Source: Bugula neritina
Lineage: Eukaryota; Animalia; Bryozoa
Direction: 5' to 3'
Assembly: GCA_964035545.1 (NCBI GenBank)
Contig: OZ037766.1
Span: forward strand, 24,978,126 to 25,042,125
Length of the DNA stretch: 64,000 nucleotides
Each line of letters starts with the position of its first letter. Within the stretch, counting starts at the first letter, position 1. The notes below the pieces were generated by a model. That model ran no database searches, was not told where the DNA came from, and saw only the letters and a program-made list of their open reading frames with translations. Of this stretch, positions 15,301-27,000 are shown piece by piece. The position numbers and the translations under genes were made by a program.

Positions 15301-16307
15301 CTAGGCTTCTTGCCTTTGAGTGTAAAAAGTTATAAGGCTTCAACGACATCCTAAAAAATTTACAAAAAGTAGGTAAAAACAGTTTTTTACTCGCCTTTTC
15401 AACACGTATGTTCCGCAAGTGTTGAAACTACAAAGGCTAAATAATTATGTCAATATCTTTTTATGGAGAAAAAATCACAACTCTAAGTCAATAAGTTCTC
15501 TCACAATTCGGCCGTCTTTTTGTACCCCTATGACCGTTGTGCCCCCCCCCCCCCCCGTTACCCCTATAATGTGCTATTTTGTTTATATTTTTAATCCGTC
15601 TTCTTTCACCTGTCTGCTTGACCTTATAATTACGGTTTATAGCCTATTACCATAGCTTATAGGTTAGTGTAACTGTCATTATTGTATATATAATCTCTTT
15701 TAGTTTCTTCTTGATAAATCTAAAAAATATGCAAATATTTTATCAAAGAATTATAGCTATATGACTCTTAAAAATATGTCAAAAATTGTCTGTTGAACAT
15801 TTTATTGTATAGGGGTGTAAATATTGAATACCATTGACCCCTTCAACAATATAAACAATAATATTGATCTGTATACAATTAATTCAAGATATAATCAAAA
15901 CTGTAATTAAAAAACAAAATGATGTGCATTTGTTTTGATCATTGCCCAGCTGATAGTGAATAGTGAAGTTGCCTGGTATGCTGAAGAAATGAAAAAACTT
16001 GACTTGGCCTACATTGGGTTTTGTTGTGGAAACTCGGCTTCGTACACAAGAATATTGGCTATGGCTTATGGGAGACAACCCCCAGCTGCACAGTAAGTAG
16101 ATTAAAGATCTTAAACCTGAAATTCATAACTTATAACTCTTTTGTAACTATTAATCTGCAGTAAGTCCTATTATTACATAAAATTTAATAGTTGGCTTTA
16201 AAATTTTTAGATATGCAAGCACTTATGTCACTCAGAAGGAAAGTGCGCATGGCTATAAAGGAGAAAGGTACGAAAAGAAATTACGTGAATTTTTAGGAAG
16301 AAAATAA
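6363..16307 (+). CDS. BHMT: Betaine-homocysteine S-methyltransferase-like (Hcy-binding domain) protein, 353 aa; exons 6363-6384, 7170-7276, 8435-8518, 9888-9980, 10525-10629, 11067-11172, 11691-11878, 13640-13763, 15957-16092, 16211-16307
   Basis: Ten exons splice in frame (1062 nt). The N-terminus GLKERISSGEVVITGEGYLMELCRRGY resembles BHMT. The protein also has ELVHAGVDV and the Zn-ligand motifs VGVNC and YIGFCCG. The 22-nt first exon is the least certain. Confidence 0.88.
12631..13190. repeat. Heptamer tandem repeat (ACTCTGC), 80 units, in BHMT intron 7
   Basis: 560 bp = 80 x 7. The first unit and last two units are ACTCTGT; the rest are perfect. Confidence 0.98.
14230..15564. mobile_element. 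Non-autonomous TIR element with TA TSD in BHMT intron 8
   Basis: The ends are TA|GGGGTAACG-polyG-CACAACGG and CCGTTGTG-polyC-CGTTACCCC|TA. The motif CCATTGTGCCCCG recurs internally near 14424, 15155 and 15179. Confidence 0.85.
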
Positions 16308-17335
16308 AAGATGTCCATCAAAGCAGTGGGAAAAGCAACTCCAAAACTACGATTAACGTGGAGTATAATAATATTATGATGGATCATTCATCTAAAAGAT
16401 AATTTTCAACTACAAAACAGTTTTGATATAGAAAGATAGATAATGCAGTTCAAAAATCAAAAGGAATTTAACAGCTAAAGACATTATATTTATTTAAAAG
16501 AGCTACAATCATTGCAAATACCAAATTAACCTATTAAATATTTTTTGCTTGCGTATGCATACTTTATATACATACTACTCTGCTTATTGTCATTTTACTA
16601 ACAATTAAAATTTTAATGGCTTGATATAGTTCATGGTGCTTTTCAATAAATTATTGTATTTTTCAAATTGATACCCTGCTTTATCACAAATATTTGTAGT
16701 ATTGTAGTAAATAACTGACACATGCACGAATGCACAAATTTCTTCCTACTGCATGAGTGGTGCTAAATCTGAGCTGGTTCATATCTAGATTTGTAATCTT
16801 TTTAAATATTATGTTAGAACTATCAGATCTGCAACTGTCAGTTCACCATTCATGAGTCTATAAAATCAACTGAAGCTAACCAGTAGTAAATTTGAATGGC
16901 CTATCTAAAGGATGATCTTTATTGTCATCATCCCATTAAGCCAGCATAATTATTCTAATTAGCTGTAGCTACCAGACAACTATATTCTATTTTAGTAATG
17001 ATTACAATTTGTATGTCAAAATTTGACACATGATTTTATGTGATGGCAGGTTGCGCAATTCGTTTGCCAACTTGCACAAGTATTGCTGTTAGCAGTAGGT
17101 ACTGAGTTGAAGGTGCCTGAGTGTAGAGGATACACATATTTGTGCAACTCTAAACCCTAAGGGGAGATCCCCTAACCAATGCACTCAGCCATCCCCAACT
17201 CGGTGCTGCTTTGAGTGAGTTCCAACTTGTAGCCAATGCATTTCAATAAACCAAGTTCAATTAAATTTTATGTGTAGTTAACTTGATATATATGCCACAG
17301 CAACATGACAATGATTTAGATGTTAGATCATATAT

Positions 17336-17836
17336 CAAGGGTTTGCAATCTTTTCAGAGCAAGGACCATTGTGTTTGAATTTATTGGTGGTGAGGACCAC
17401 TTTGTAAAATTTCTCTTGAGTTGAGGGCCACGGCATCAATATTTTGCAAATTGCTCCAAAAATCCGACTTGCTATGAATCATTACACAATGAAGTCCCAA
17501 TAATTACTACCGGCTTGATGTTTTGTAGTATGTATATAAATAAGGCGATTTTTCCATTTTTCATTTACGTGTTGGAAAATAATTGTATTTGCTATATCTT
17601 TGAGGGCCACATATACACTGCGTTTCCATTCACTGCGTTTCCATTATCGCATTATGCGAATGGATTTTTTCATTCGGCTAATGGAAACAGTTACATCGAA
17701 TGAAACCGCAACTATAAGTTAATGCAAACCACAAACCACAAATAATCCGTACGGGGCATTCATTCGCATTATGCGCAGTCATGGAAACGCAGTGATATGT
17801 AGGCTGGGAACTTGGGGCTGCTGTTGGACAGCCTTG
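17336..17836. mobile_element. Degenerate hAT-like MITE interrupted by the 17616-17794 element
   Basis: The ends CAAGGGTTTGCAA and TTGGACAGCCTTG are imperfect inverted repeats, and GAGG(G/A)CCAC recurs internally three times. There is no clean 8-bp TSD. Confidence 0.4.
17616..17794. mobile_element. Short CAC...GTG MITE with 3-bp TSD ATA
   Basis: The TIR CACTGCGTTTCCAT is tandemly duplicated at the left end and pairs with ATGGAAACGCAGTG. ATA lies on both flanks. Confidence 0.75.
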
Positions 17837-18104
17837 ATTTACATTAACCTAGATTTTTACAAATGTGACATTGTATCTAATCCACCACAGCAGTTTCTTT
17901 GTGTGAGAAACACATTTAAGTCAGTATTGAGTACTAGGTGCCCCCAGTGTGGGTATTTCATATATGTGGTTTTGTGGGTTTATGACAGATGAAGTTATTG
18001 GTACCATAATATAGAAATAATGGGCCTTTCTTGTATATTCGTTGCTTTCTCTGATAATGTGCCACATGATTTTAAATTCTACAACATTTTTAGTACTATT
18101 AAAA

Positions 18105-18127
18105 CACAGGATAGTTAAGGGCAACCT
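18105..18127 (+). repeat. Left terminal inverted repeat of the large transposon
   Basis: CACAGGATAGTTAAGGGCAACCT is the reverse complement of 29041-29063 with one mismatch. Confidence 0.9.
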
Positions 18128-20065
18128 TTTAGCTGCAACTGCCTCACTGAGGTTTGCATTGTAATCATATAAGAATTCAGTACCAGTAAAATAAAATCTC
18201 CCCTAATTGTGCTAGAGCCAAAATTTAAAAACTATGTTGTAGATCTTCTTTTTCTTCAGTGCAACTTTTTTGGAATTTTCAATTTTCACTTTTTTTGCAA
18301 AGTTATAGACAAAAAACTGCCCAATTTTGGCCAATTTTGGCTGAAAAGCTGACTTTTCAGTACCAGTAAAATATCTCAGCAGTAAAACATGATATCTGAA
18401 TAAAAATTGCACGGTTGGAATCCTGAGATATTTCTCCAGTGTAAGTTTTTTTATTTTTTCAATAACCTTACTAGATTTCTCATAAATTAGTGATTTATAC
18501 ACTGAAAATGCTATATTTTTCCCTGAGGAATTAGCAGTGCGCATCACTTCGCGCTTCGTTGAACACGTAGAGGTGAGAAGACACCAACGCACTTATTACT
18601 AGTTACTAGCTCTCTGCTTATGCAATGCAATGTTGACAATGTTATGATAAGCTTTGAATGCGTGATTGTACTGATGTCAAAAGAGCGTGAGGATGTCGTG
18701 ACGCTAGGGGGAGAAGTAAACAATAACCTAATTTAGAAAAAGTAACTTTATCTAAAATTGCAGCATATTTCTTAAACTATTATTATTTAAATGACGTAAT
18801 ATAATTCATGTAAATACAACGCAAAAGTAAAAAATTAGAATGGGGAGTTTATATATTGAATGGGGGGGGTTATAAAATATGAAACATCCACTCCTGAACA
18901 TACTGAGACTTCAAGCAAATTGCTGTATTTATGGTGTAGTAAACTGTGGGTTATGAATGCAACTAGTGCCTGAACATACTCTTTGTGTTAGAGAGAATAA
19001 GCCAAGTATTTGAGTACAAATAAGGATAACCTTTATTGTATCAGATACAGCTTAGGGCCCAACTACCAGCGAGCTCCAGTAGTAGTCTGAACTATACTGG
19101 AAACTCGCCTGCTTTTATACACAAGAATTCACATCTAGAATGTTCCAACAGACAAAAGAAAGTTAAGCTTGACAGAAACAAAAGAAAAGTAGACAACCTA
19201 TGTATTGAAGGTATTCATAAAAGCCACACAAATTTCCAGTATCAGTATTAATGCAAAACGATAAAATAGCAAAAAGAGGAAATAACTCTGGAATGCGTAT
19301 TTCATGAAAATTACATTATACTGAAAGCTTTAACAACAATCACAATAATAAGGCATTAGAAAGCTAGCCCAACTTAGCTACAATTACAGCATTCAAAACA
19401 TACGCAACAGTAATTATAATAATGAGGATGAGAATCCATTACATTGGCTCATTATTCGCGACCTATACAGTGTACAAAGTGCGATAGCTGGGTACCGTCT
19501 GCGTGTTTATATTATTCTCACTCTCCAAGTGACAAACTGAGATTGGAATTATACAACAGTGAAAGTATTTTTTGTGGGACAGGGTAAGTAAATTTTTCAG
19601 CAAATACTCACATAATATTCATAGTGATGATCTTATAGTTATTAGTATTACGGCTAATACTAATAGTAATATATTAGTAACTTTTAATAATAATTTTTTA
19701 TTATTTACTATTAGTATTATTTTAATTTAATATAATGTATATTATTATTATAATTATTATTCATTAAATTTTTTATATATTTGTATTCATTTTGTTACTG
19801 GCAATGACGTATCTAATAAAAGTCATCAGCTATGAGTATCGACATGAGACTGAGTATCAGTATGAGTATCAATAACACTAACTGTAAGACTCATGTCATA
19901 ATATTAATCATAATGATGTTGAACTAGAACAAACATGTTTAGTGATGTTGAATTACACTTCAGAAAAAATAGTTTCATCTTTTGATATTGATTTGGTTTC
20001 ACCTTTAGGTTTATTTTTCTTAAAGTTAGAAAAAAAAATAGAAAAAAAGGATGCAAATAATTTTA

Positions 20066-21006
20066 TTATAGAAACTCATTAATTTGATTCAACCAATAAT
20101 TAATAATTTTAATCTTCCAATTGTCTTCTGAGTTACTTTCCATAGAAATCAGTCCTCTATCTCTGAACTTGCTTATGGTTTTTGCTTTTTCTTCTTCCTC
20201 TAATATTTTAACAAATTTCAAGAAATATGGCTTTACTTTATGGCTTGCAGATTTCAACATTAATTTATTAACGCAAGAGTTATGTTGTTTGAACCGGTGT
20301 TTAGCTGAAAGAAAGCTTTCTAAAATCGTTTTACTGTAAGGCCATAGACTCCTCATAGCATCTAAAATTGAAAAGCAACTGATTGCAAGTAAGGTGGGCA
20401 GAAATATATGCTGTAAAACACCAGGGTGATTCTAATTATTTCAGATTACATGTGAGTGCATTGGCTGCCCTGAAGTCATTATAGTAGCTGCATGGTTCTA
20501 TTTTCTAAATCTAAATGACTATAACTTATGTTACTGAAAATAAGTATGTTATATGTGTATGATAACCATACTTAAAGCAACGTACCAGTAACTGTGTTCT
20601 TTTGTTGAAGTTTCTTAGGCAAAATGCTTGGTACCTCTGTCTGGCCTGCCAATTTAAAATAATTTTTTCTTAGTGTATTTGATGTATTTCAAATTGATAA
20701 GTAATTTTAAAATTGGGAGGCAGCATCTAAAATTACTTACATTGTGTCAACAATGGTACAGCACACACATATGAAGATTCATCAAGCTTCTCATCTGTTT
20801 CATTCAAGGTATTGGATGCAGAAACGGCAATAGAGTTCTCTACTTCTTTATGCTTGTCCTTTGCCAAACTACTCAACACATTGCTTATAGCAGGCTTGAT
20901 TTCTTCATATTTTCTTGACACTGTTAAAATTTTATCAATAGACATTTTAGGCAGAAGAAAATTATTGCTCATTTTTCAAATTGCTTGTAATTAACATATA
21001 AATAAC

Positions 21007-21065
<59 letters not shown>

Positions 21066-24000
21066 TTCAAAAGAATATTTTACCTTGCTTATCAGCTGTC
21101 TTCTTATCTGTCAGCATGTCACACAAAAGTGGAATTTTTAATGAGTTTTTATTTCTGATGCAAAACTCCCAGCTTGTCTTCAGCATGTTGTTAATGTCTT
21201 TCATGTTTCTCGATCTAACAAAAAGTTTTCTGGTGGTTACCAAACATGTTAAATAAAACGTACTGCTTAGAATTAATAAAAATTAGATAGTAGCTGTTCA
21301 AATTTTGTATGCAATTTTTTTCAAGCTAGGACATGCAATTTAGATTCAAGTTGTAAAGAATTTCCATTTAATTTTCTTCAAGTGGAAGCTTATTTTCTTT
21401 AATTAATTTTATTTTCTTTGATTAATTTTTAGGAAGAAACAGTCTACTTTTGTTGTATGATATATACAATATATGATATATAGTGGTATATAGGTAGTTA
21501 AGATATTTACCTGAAATGAGTTAATATTGGCCCTGAATTGTAGTTGTCTGGGCAGTTTTTTCCATCCTTGAACTCTACTCCCCCATCATGTACCTTGAAC
21601 CAAACTCCTTCTCCAATTTCTAGAAAGTCAGCAATTCGTCGGAAATGGTGAAGTGTTGCTGTCCTATGAGCTTTGAGGAAACTAGTGTAAAAATAGTGAT
21701 AGACTTTTAAGTAGCATATTTGCCTGTGTTTAGTAGCAATATCATACACAACAAAGTAGCTACTATTCTTACTTATCAGACAGTGACCTACTTGTTTGAG
21801 AATATGGTGTTATGTCCTAGGCTAAGGCCACTACATGCATTGGAGATAGTGTGCTCCTGTCTGCCGTAGCTGGTAATGGCATCATCAGCAGCCTTTCTTT
21901 CTACCACTATTCTAAACATAGCACTTGCTATAATACTTTGCGATTTTCTATTGGAGCACCTCAGCGTTAGTTCCCTAAAACAATACTGTTTTCATAGATC
22001 ACAGTAATATTATCAGGGCTGAATTTAAATAGATCTGAGTTCTTTCTACAGCACCCCTATAGTAAGCTATTTGCATTCATTTTCAAGTGAGTGGACAAAC
22101 TTTGCATAAATTCCTGTTGTACTAGTATTATTTTTTAGTACGCACCTTAGTTTATAAAAGTGCCTTTCAGCGTGTTCGGCTACTAATGATCTGCCTGAAA
22201 CAAGTCTCAATGTTTCAGGCAAGTGCACTGAAAGGCAATGGAAGGGCATCCCAAACATAGCGCGCTTGGTGCAAGTTTCTGGGTTTTCAAATAGTTCCAT
22301 GCACTTAATGGCAAAAAGAAAACTTTGATTATATGCCCTGAGGATTGTTCTAGGACATCTATTAGTGTCACACATGTATGCCAAACTTTGCAGCTCTGTC
22401 AATGCTGCTAGCATAACGTACATGGCTCTCCCATCTTCAGTGTGCTGGAAATCTTGTAGCATGATGGTGACTTTTACCAAATTAAGCCGGCATTCTGTTC
22501 CCTTCATTTCTCTATTTTGAGCTATAATTCATGTTTGTATAGGTTTATAATTGTTTTTGAAATGGCTATTTAATTTTGATATAGACAATATTGAAAATGT
22601 GTGTTAGCAATTTCTACTAGCAAGTTAGAATCTCTACTCACCTTCAATGTCTGAAACAAGATTGGTCAATTTTTCCTTGAGTTCTTTATTCTTTGCAGCT
22701 TTAGGTAGTTCTTTTAAAATTTTGTTGATAACATTTTTTAGATCATGTAATGGTTCTATTGATGAAATTTCGTAGCTGCCTATATCGATCTGTGATTCCA
22801 GCTTAGTACAAAGAAGAGCAGGAGGCCTTTTCACACCTGTAAAGTAGGTATTTAGAAACTTATGTGAGACCAAAGTTATATTCCTAACTAAGTTTTTCAT
22901 AAAGATTATATATACATGTGTGCGCCCATAGTAGCTTGTGTGTGTATATACATAACAATGAATCGCTACTTTCACTAGATGCAAAACTAAGATTGGATGA
23001 AGATTTATTCTATGTTACTATGGCTTCATGCAGCCCATATTTTTTCTATGTATCTCATCCGACAACGCTGTAACCACATATAGTTTAAACTTATCATTCT
23101 AAATTTTCTGACCTTTTAGGCTAACATTCAAAATTCTTCTTAGCCCTGAAATGTTCTCTGCACTTGAATAGGCAACCCCTCTGTGAAACAATTCATTCCT
23201 GAGCCCTTCAGTCTGAAAAAGTGTAATTATTGCTGCTCATATATAAATGTATTACATGGAAGTGCCGTTTCTCCCAACCAGTGTTTATTTATAACTCAGC
23301 TTAATTTCATACCTTCATTGTCTGAAAGACTGCTAGGTTCCCTTTAGTAAAACCATCTTCCCATGTTTTTGTCTTATGGAGCAGCTGAAGGCGGTCTTGT
23401 GAACTATAGAAAGCTCCTTCTTGGCTATATTTGCTAGTGTTACTGAAGTAAATGTCTTGGGTGCCACACATACATGGGAACATTCCTGAACATACATATG
23501 CATGTTTTTATCAAGTTTCATCATAAATAATATAGTTTCTTGTAAATATGTATTCTTTTTGGGGAATTTATACATGGAATAAGTCAAACACGTATTGTTA
23601 TTATTGTAGCAAAAGCTATCTTGTATTTCATCCTGTGTAAACAATTTATAGTTTATCACTCTTACCTCCACATTGCTGCCCAGCTTCTAGTTGCCTTGCT
23701 GGACTATCACCAGAAAAAAATCTTAGTTTGTCAGTAAATGTTCGTCCATCTTTTGAGCTAATTTTTTCCTCCAATTCTCTAAGGTCTTCTAGTCGAGTAG
23801 GAACATAAAGAAGTTGATCCTTAACGGAAGAGTTGGATTGGGCAAGTAGATAGATGTAAGGTGATTCCACCACTGATTGTACATTGACTGGTGTTTCCTG
23901 AATTAGCATAAAGTAAACATTTATGTTTCAGAATATTTTGGTGTATTTCAACATTTGTTCTTTAAAACACCTAGTCATTAGTAATTGCTGTTACCAAAGA

Positions 24001-27000
24001 CTAAACGACACTTGTAATACTGTAGTGAGAGCTTGGCTTATTGTAGCAACTTTAATTCAAATAAGATGACCCTAATTGAAATGTGTTCTATATTGAGCTT
24101 GCATAATTCTATCAGCTTACTTTGCAGTTCATCTTTGAAAACTCTCCATCTGTATAGTATGTACATGGGTCGTACAAAAACCATACCATGAACAAGTAGT
24201 GGCTTTTACCTGAAAAAAATACATATAAGATATATTGGTGAACAGCTTGATTATGTAACTAACATTTCTTTGTACAAAAATACATGAATAAATAAATGTT
24301 TACCAGCAATTTCTGAATGGTCATGCCACAAAACCATATGTCTACTTTGCGAGGCTTCTTTAAGGCGTTCCTTGGGGCTGTCCATACTGCCAACCACTAT
24401 CCCTAAACATTTAATAGTAATTATTTTAAAGAATTGCATTCAATGTGATTGCGCATTCCAGACTGATTTTTTATGGTAGTTTTAGGGGGGACTGGGCAAT
24501 ATTCCGAAGGTGCATTAGTCCGAAAATTAGTAGAACTATTATTAGAACTAAAATTATTTATTGAACATAGTCTGAGCAACAGGAAGATCTGCAACATGGT
24601 TTTCAAATTTTAGGTTAGGTGAGGTTTTATTTGGCGGGCCTGAACTCTTATATACTAATAATGTTGCCCTCATCTACATGTCTTGTGGGGTTGTTTGGTT
24701 TGGTGTGCAGCTTTGGTTATTTAATTTCAGAGTAAGATGTTTATTATTTTTTGTCTCCAATGCTCGTATTTACTGATATTAAGAATACTAGCATAGAATA
24801 ATGCAGTTTAGCAGCTTACAAATAATTTTAGAGATTAAATATGTGATATTAAATAATTAACTGCCAAGCCAGAAATTTACTATTTCATTCAATACCAATA
24901 ATTTTTTGACGCCAACTTCAAATGCAAACTATTTTTTATAAAATACAAGGTAAACTTTTTCTAAGCTTATCATAAATGCAGTACAGTAGACCCAAAATGT
25001 TTGCTTCCTTTAATATTTTTTAATTTAGTTTTTCAGTTAATAGTCAACGTGTGAAGGGCCTATATAAGCTGACTGACTGTAGCTAGAATAGAATTGCAGT
25101 CGCTATAGCCATTGAACTGGATATTTTGAGTTCATTGCCTATAGCTGTCATTTTTACATGAGCTGTGAAATAAAAATACTTATTATATCACCCTTGCACA
25201 ACACTTCATACTTCAGTGAACACTTGGAGATGAAGAGAAACTAATGCATAGGTTACTAATTGCAGGCTTGCTAGCTGACAGGCTAGTGAATAGCTTGCTG
25301 TGTACTTAGTTTATGGAGCAGCCACAGTGGAATGTTGATAGATGATGGAGCCCTTAATTGAGGCAGCATCATAGCGTAATTTCAGGCTAAAAAATTACAA
25401 ACTTGTAGGCCACACGCACGCCACCCACAGCTAGCAATAATATAGCAAGATTGTGAGTAAAATTTATGATATTCTCAGTGATTTAATACTATATCTACCA
25501 ATTTTCAGACTAATGCACCTTCGGAATAATGCACCTTCGGAGCAATGGGCCTTTAGAATATTGACTATATTTACTTGGTCTTAGTCTAAAAAAGCTTATC
25601 TCTAAAAAGATGACAGAAATTTTGAGGCTTCTTTGATTTCCACAAGGCATGGATATATTGAGATAAGCCTTGCTCCACATTGCAAGCATTTTAGCTGTAA
25701 ATATCTTTTTTTGTTCAAATAAAGTTTTCTATAGCTATTGCAGCGCTAGTTTTGATTTATGTAGCTCATAAATCTCAAAAGTCATAGAATGTTGTTCATT
25801 ATGTTAAGAAAATCAGTATCATTTATTTGTAGAACAAGTTTTAAAGACAAATGAGCCTCTGGATATACTTAATTCAAATCCTACCATTTCTCTCCAGGAA
25901 AGCTAGTGAATCTACTACAGACATCTTTTCTATGTCAGCTGCAGATCTTAAAATCTTCAGCTTTTCCATTCTGGCGAGATGATCTCTCCGTATGTTTAGA
26001 AGAGAGAACTTTCTACCAGATACCTCTTTTTTAGATTTGACCTGCAAAATTAAAGAATGATATACCAAATACTTTAAATAATAACTAGATAAAGTAAGAA
26101 ATGATATTATCAGTCCTTTATACTTACTGTAACATAGTACAAGTGTGCTGAAAAGCTCAGTTATTGACTTTAGGAGTAATCAACCTACCAATGTGCCATT
26201 TGATTGAACTTGTACAGTCTGGTATTCTATTGGTACTATGGCTTTCCCAACATCAATCTCTCCGTTGTCTATCATCCGCTTTTTCTTTATTTTTAGCCTA
26301 GTTACAGAAGCTTTTCGTTTGATATTTAGACTGAGATTTTTGTAATTTAGCCATGATATTCGGGTTTTTGGCTTTCTTTGTACAGGATGCTTCAAAACAT
26401 GTTCTGCGACTTCTTTCATAACCTGGTAAACAAGTCAATACACTCCTGTTTCATAGATGATAGATGTACTACATTTGCAAATATTACTTTTGCTCAACTT
26501 CTATGACATATATATTATGTGTGTATGTATGTATATATGTAAGTATATATTATGTGTGTGTATATATGTCAGTATATATTATGTGTGTGTGCAATTTATG
26601 TTTTTGGAAGATCCATCAAAGATGAAATAAAGTAATGGTGATAATCTTGTCAAACTTTTTCTGCATAGATAACATATTTAAAATAAAAAATGGTAACTCT
26701 GTCAAAAAAGTAATTAGCAGCAGTAGTTACAATTTGATTAAGTCTTACCTGGCCTGCGTTTCTGGGAGCTTTATTGTTGGCATTTTTCAAGTTTGCTGAC
26801 TTGCTTAGAGCAGACCAATTTATGTCCTCATTTTCTTTTAAAGCTGATTTTACAACTATTTCATTGAATGTATAATCAGTTAGTCTGCCGGTGTGTGATT
26901 TCTTTCTGTTTTGCCTCATTTCACCAAATGATCGTTTTCTTTGCACATCCCACTCTGATTGTGATTGCTTAGATGCATAGAGCGATATGAAATCTTTATT

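Noticed and set aside
18128-20065. RAG2-like partner gene convergent with the transposase, as in ProtoRAG
   Set aside because: No kelch or PHD-like coding sequence is visible. ORFs 18212-18592 and 19036-19251 lack recognisable motifs, so the element is not called a RAG transposon.
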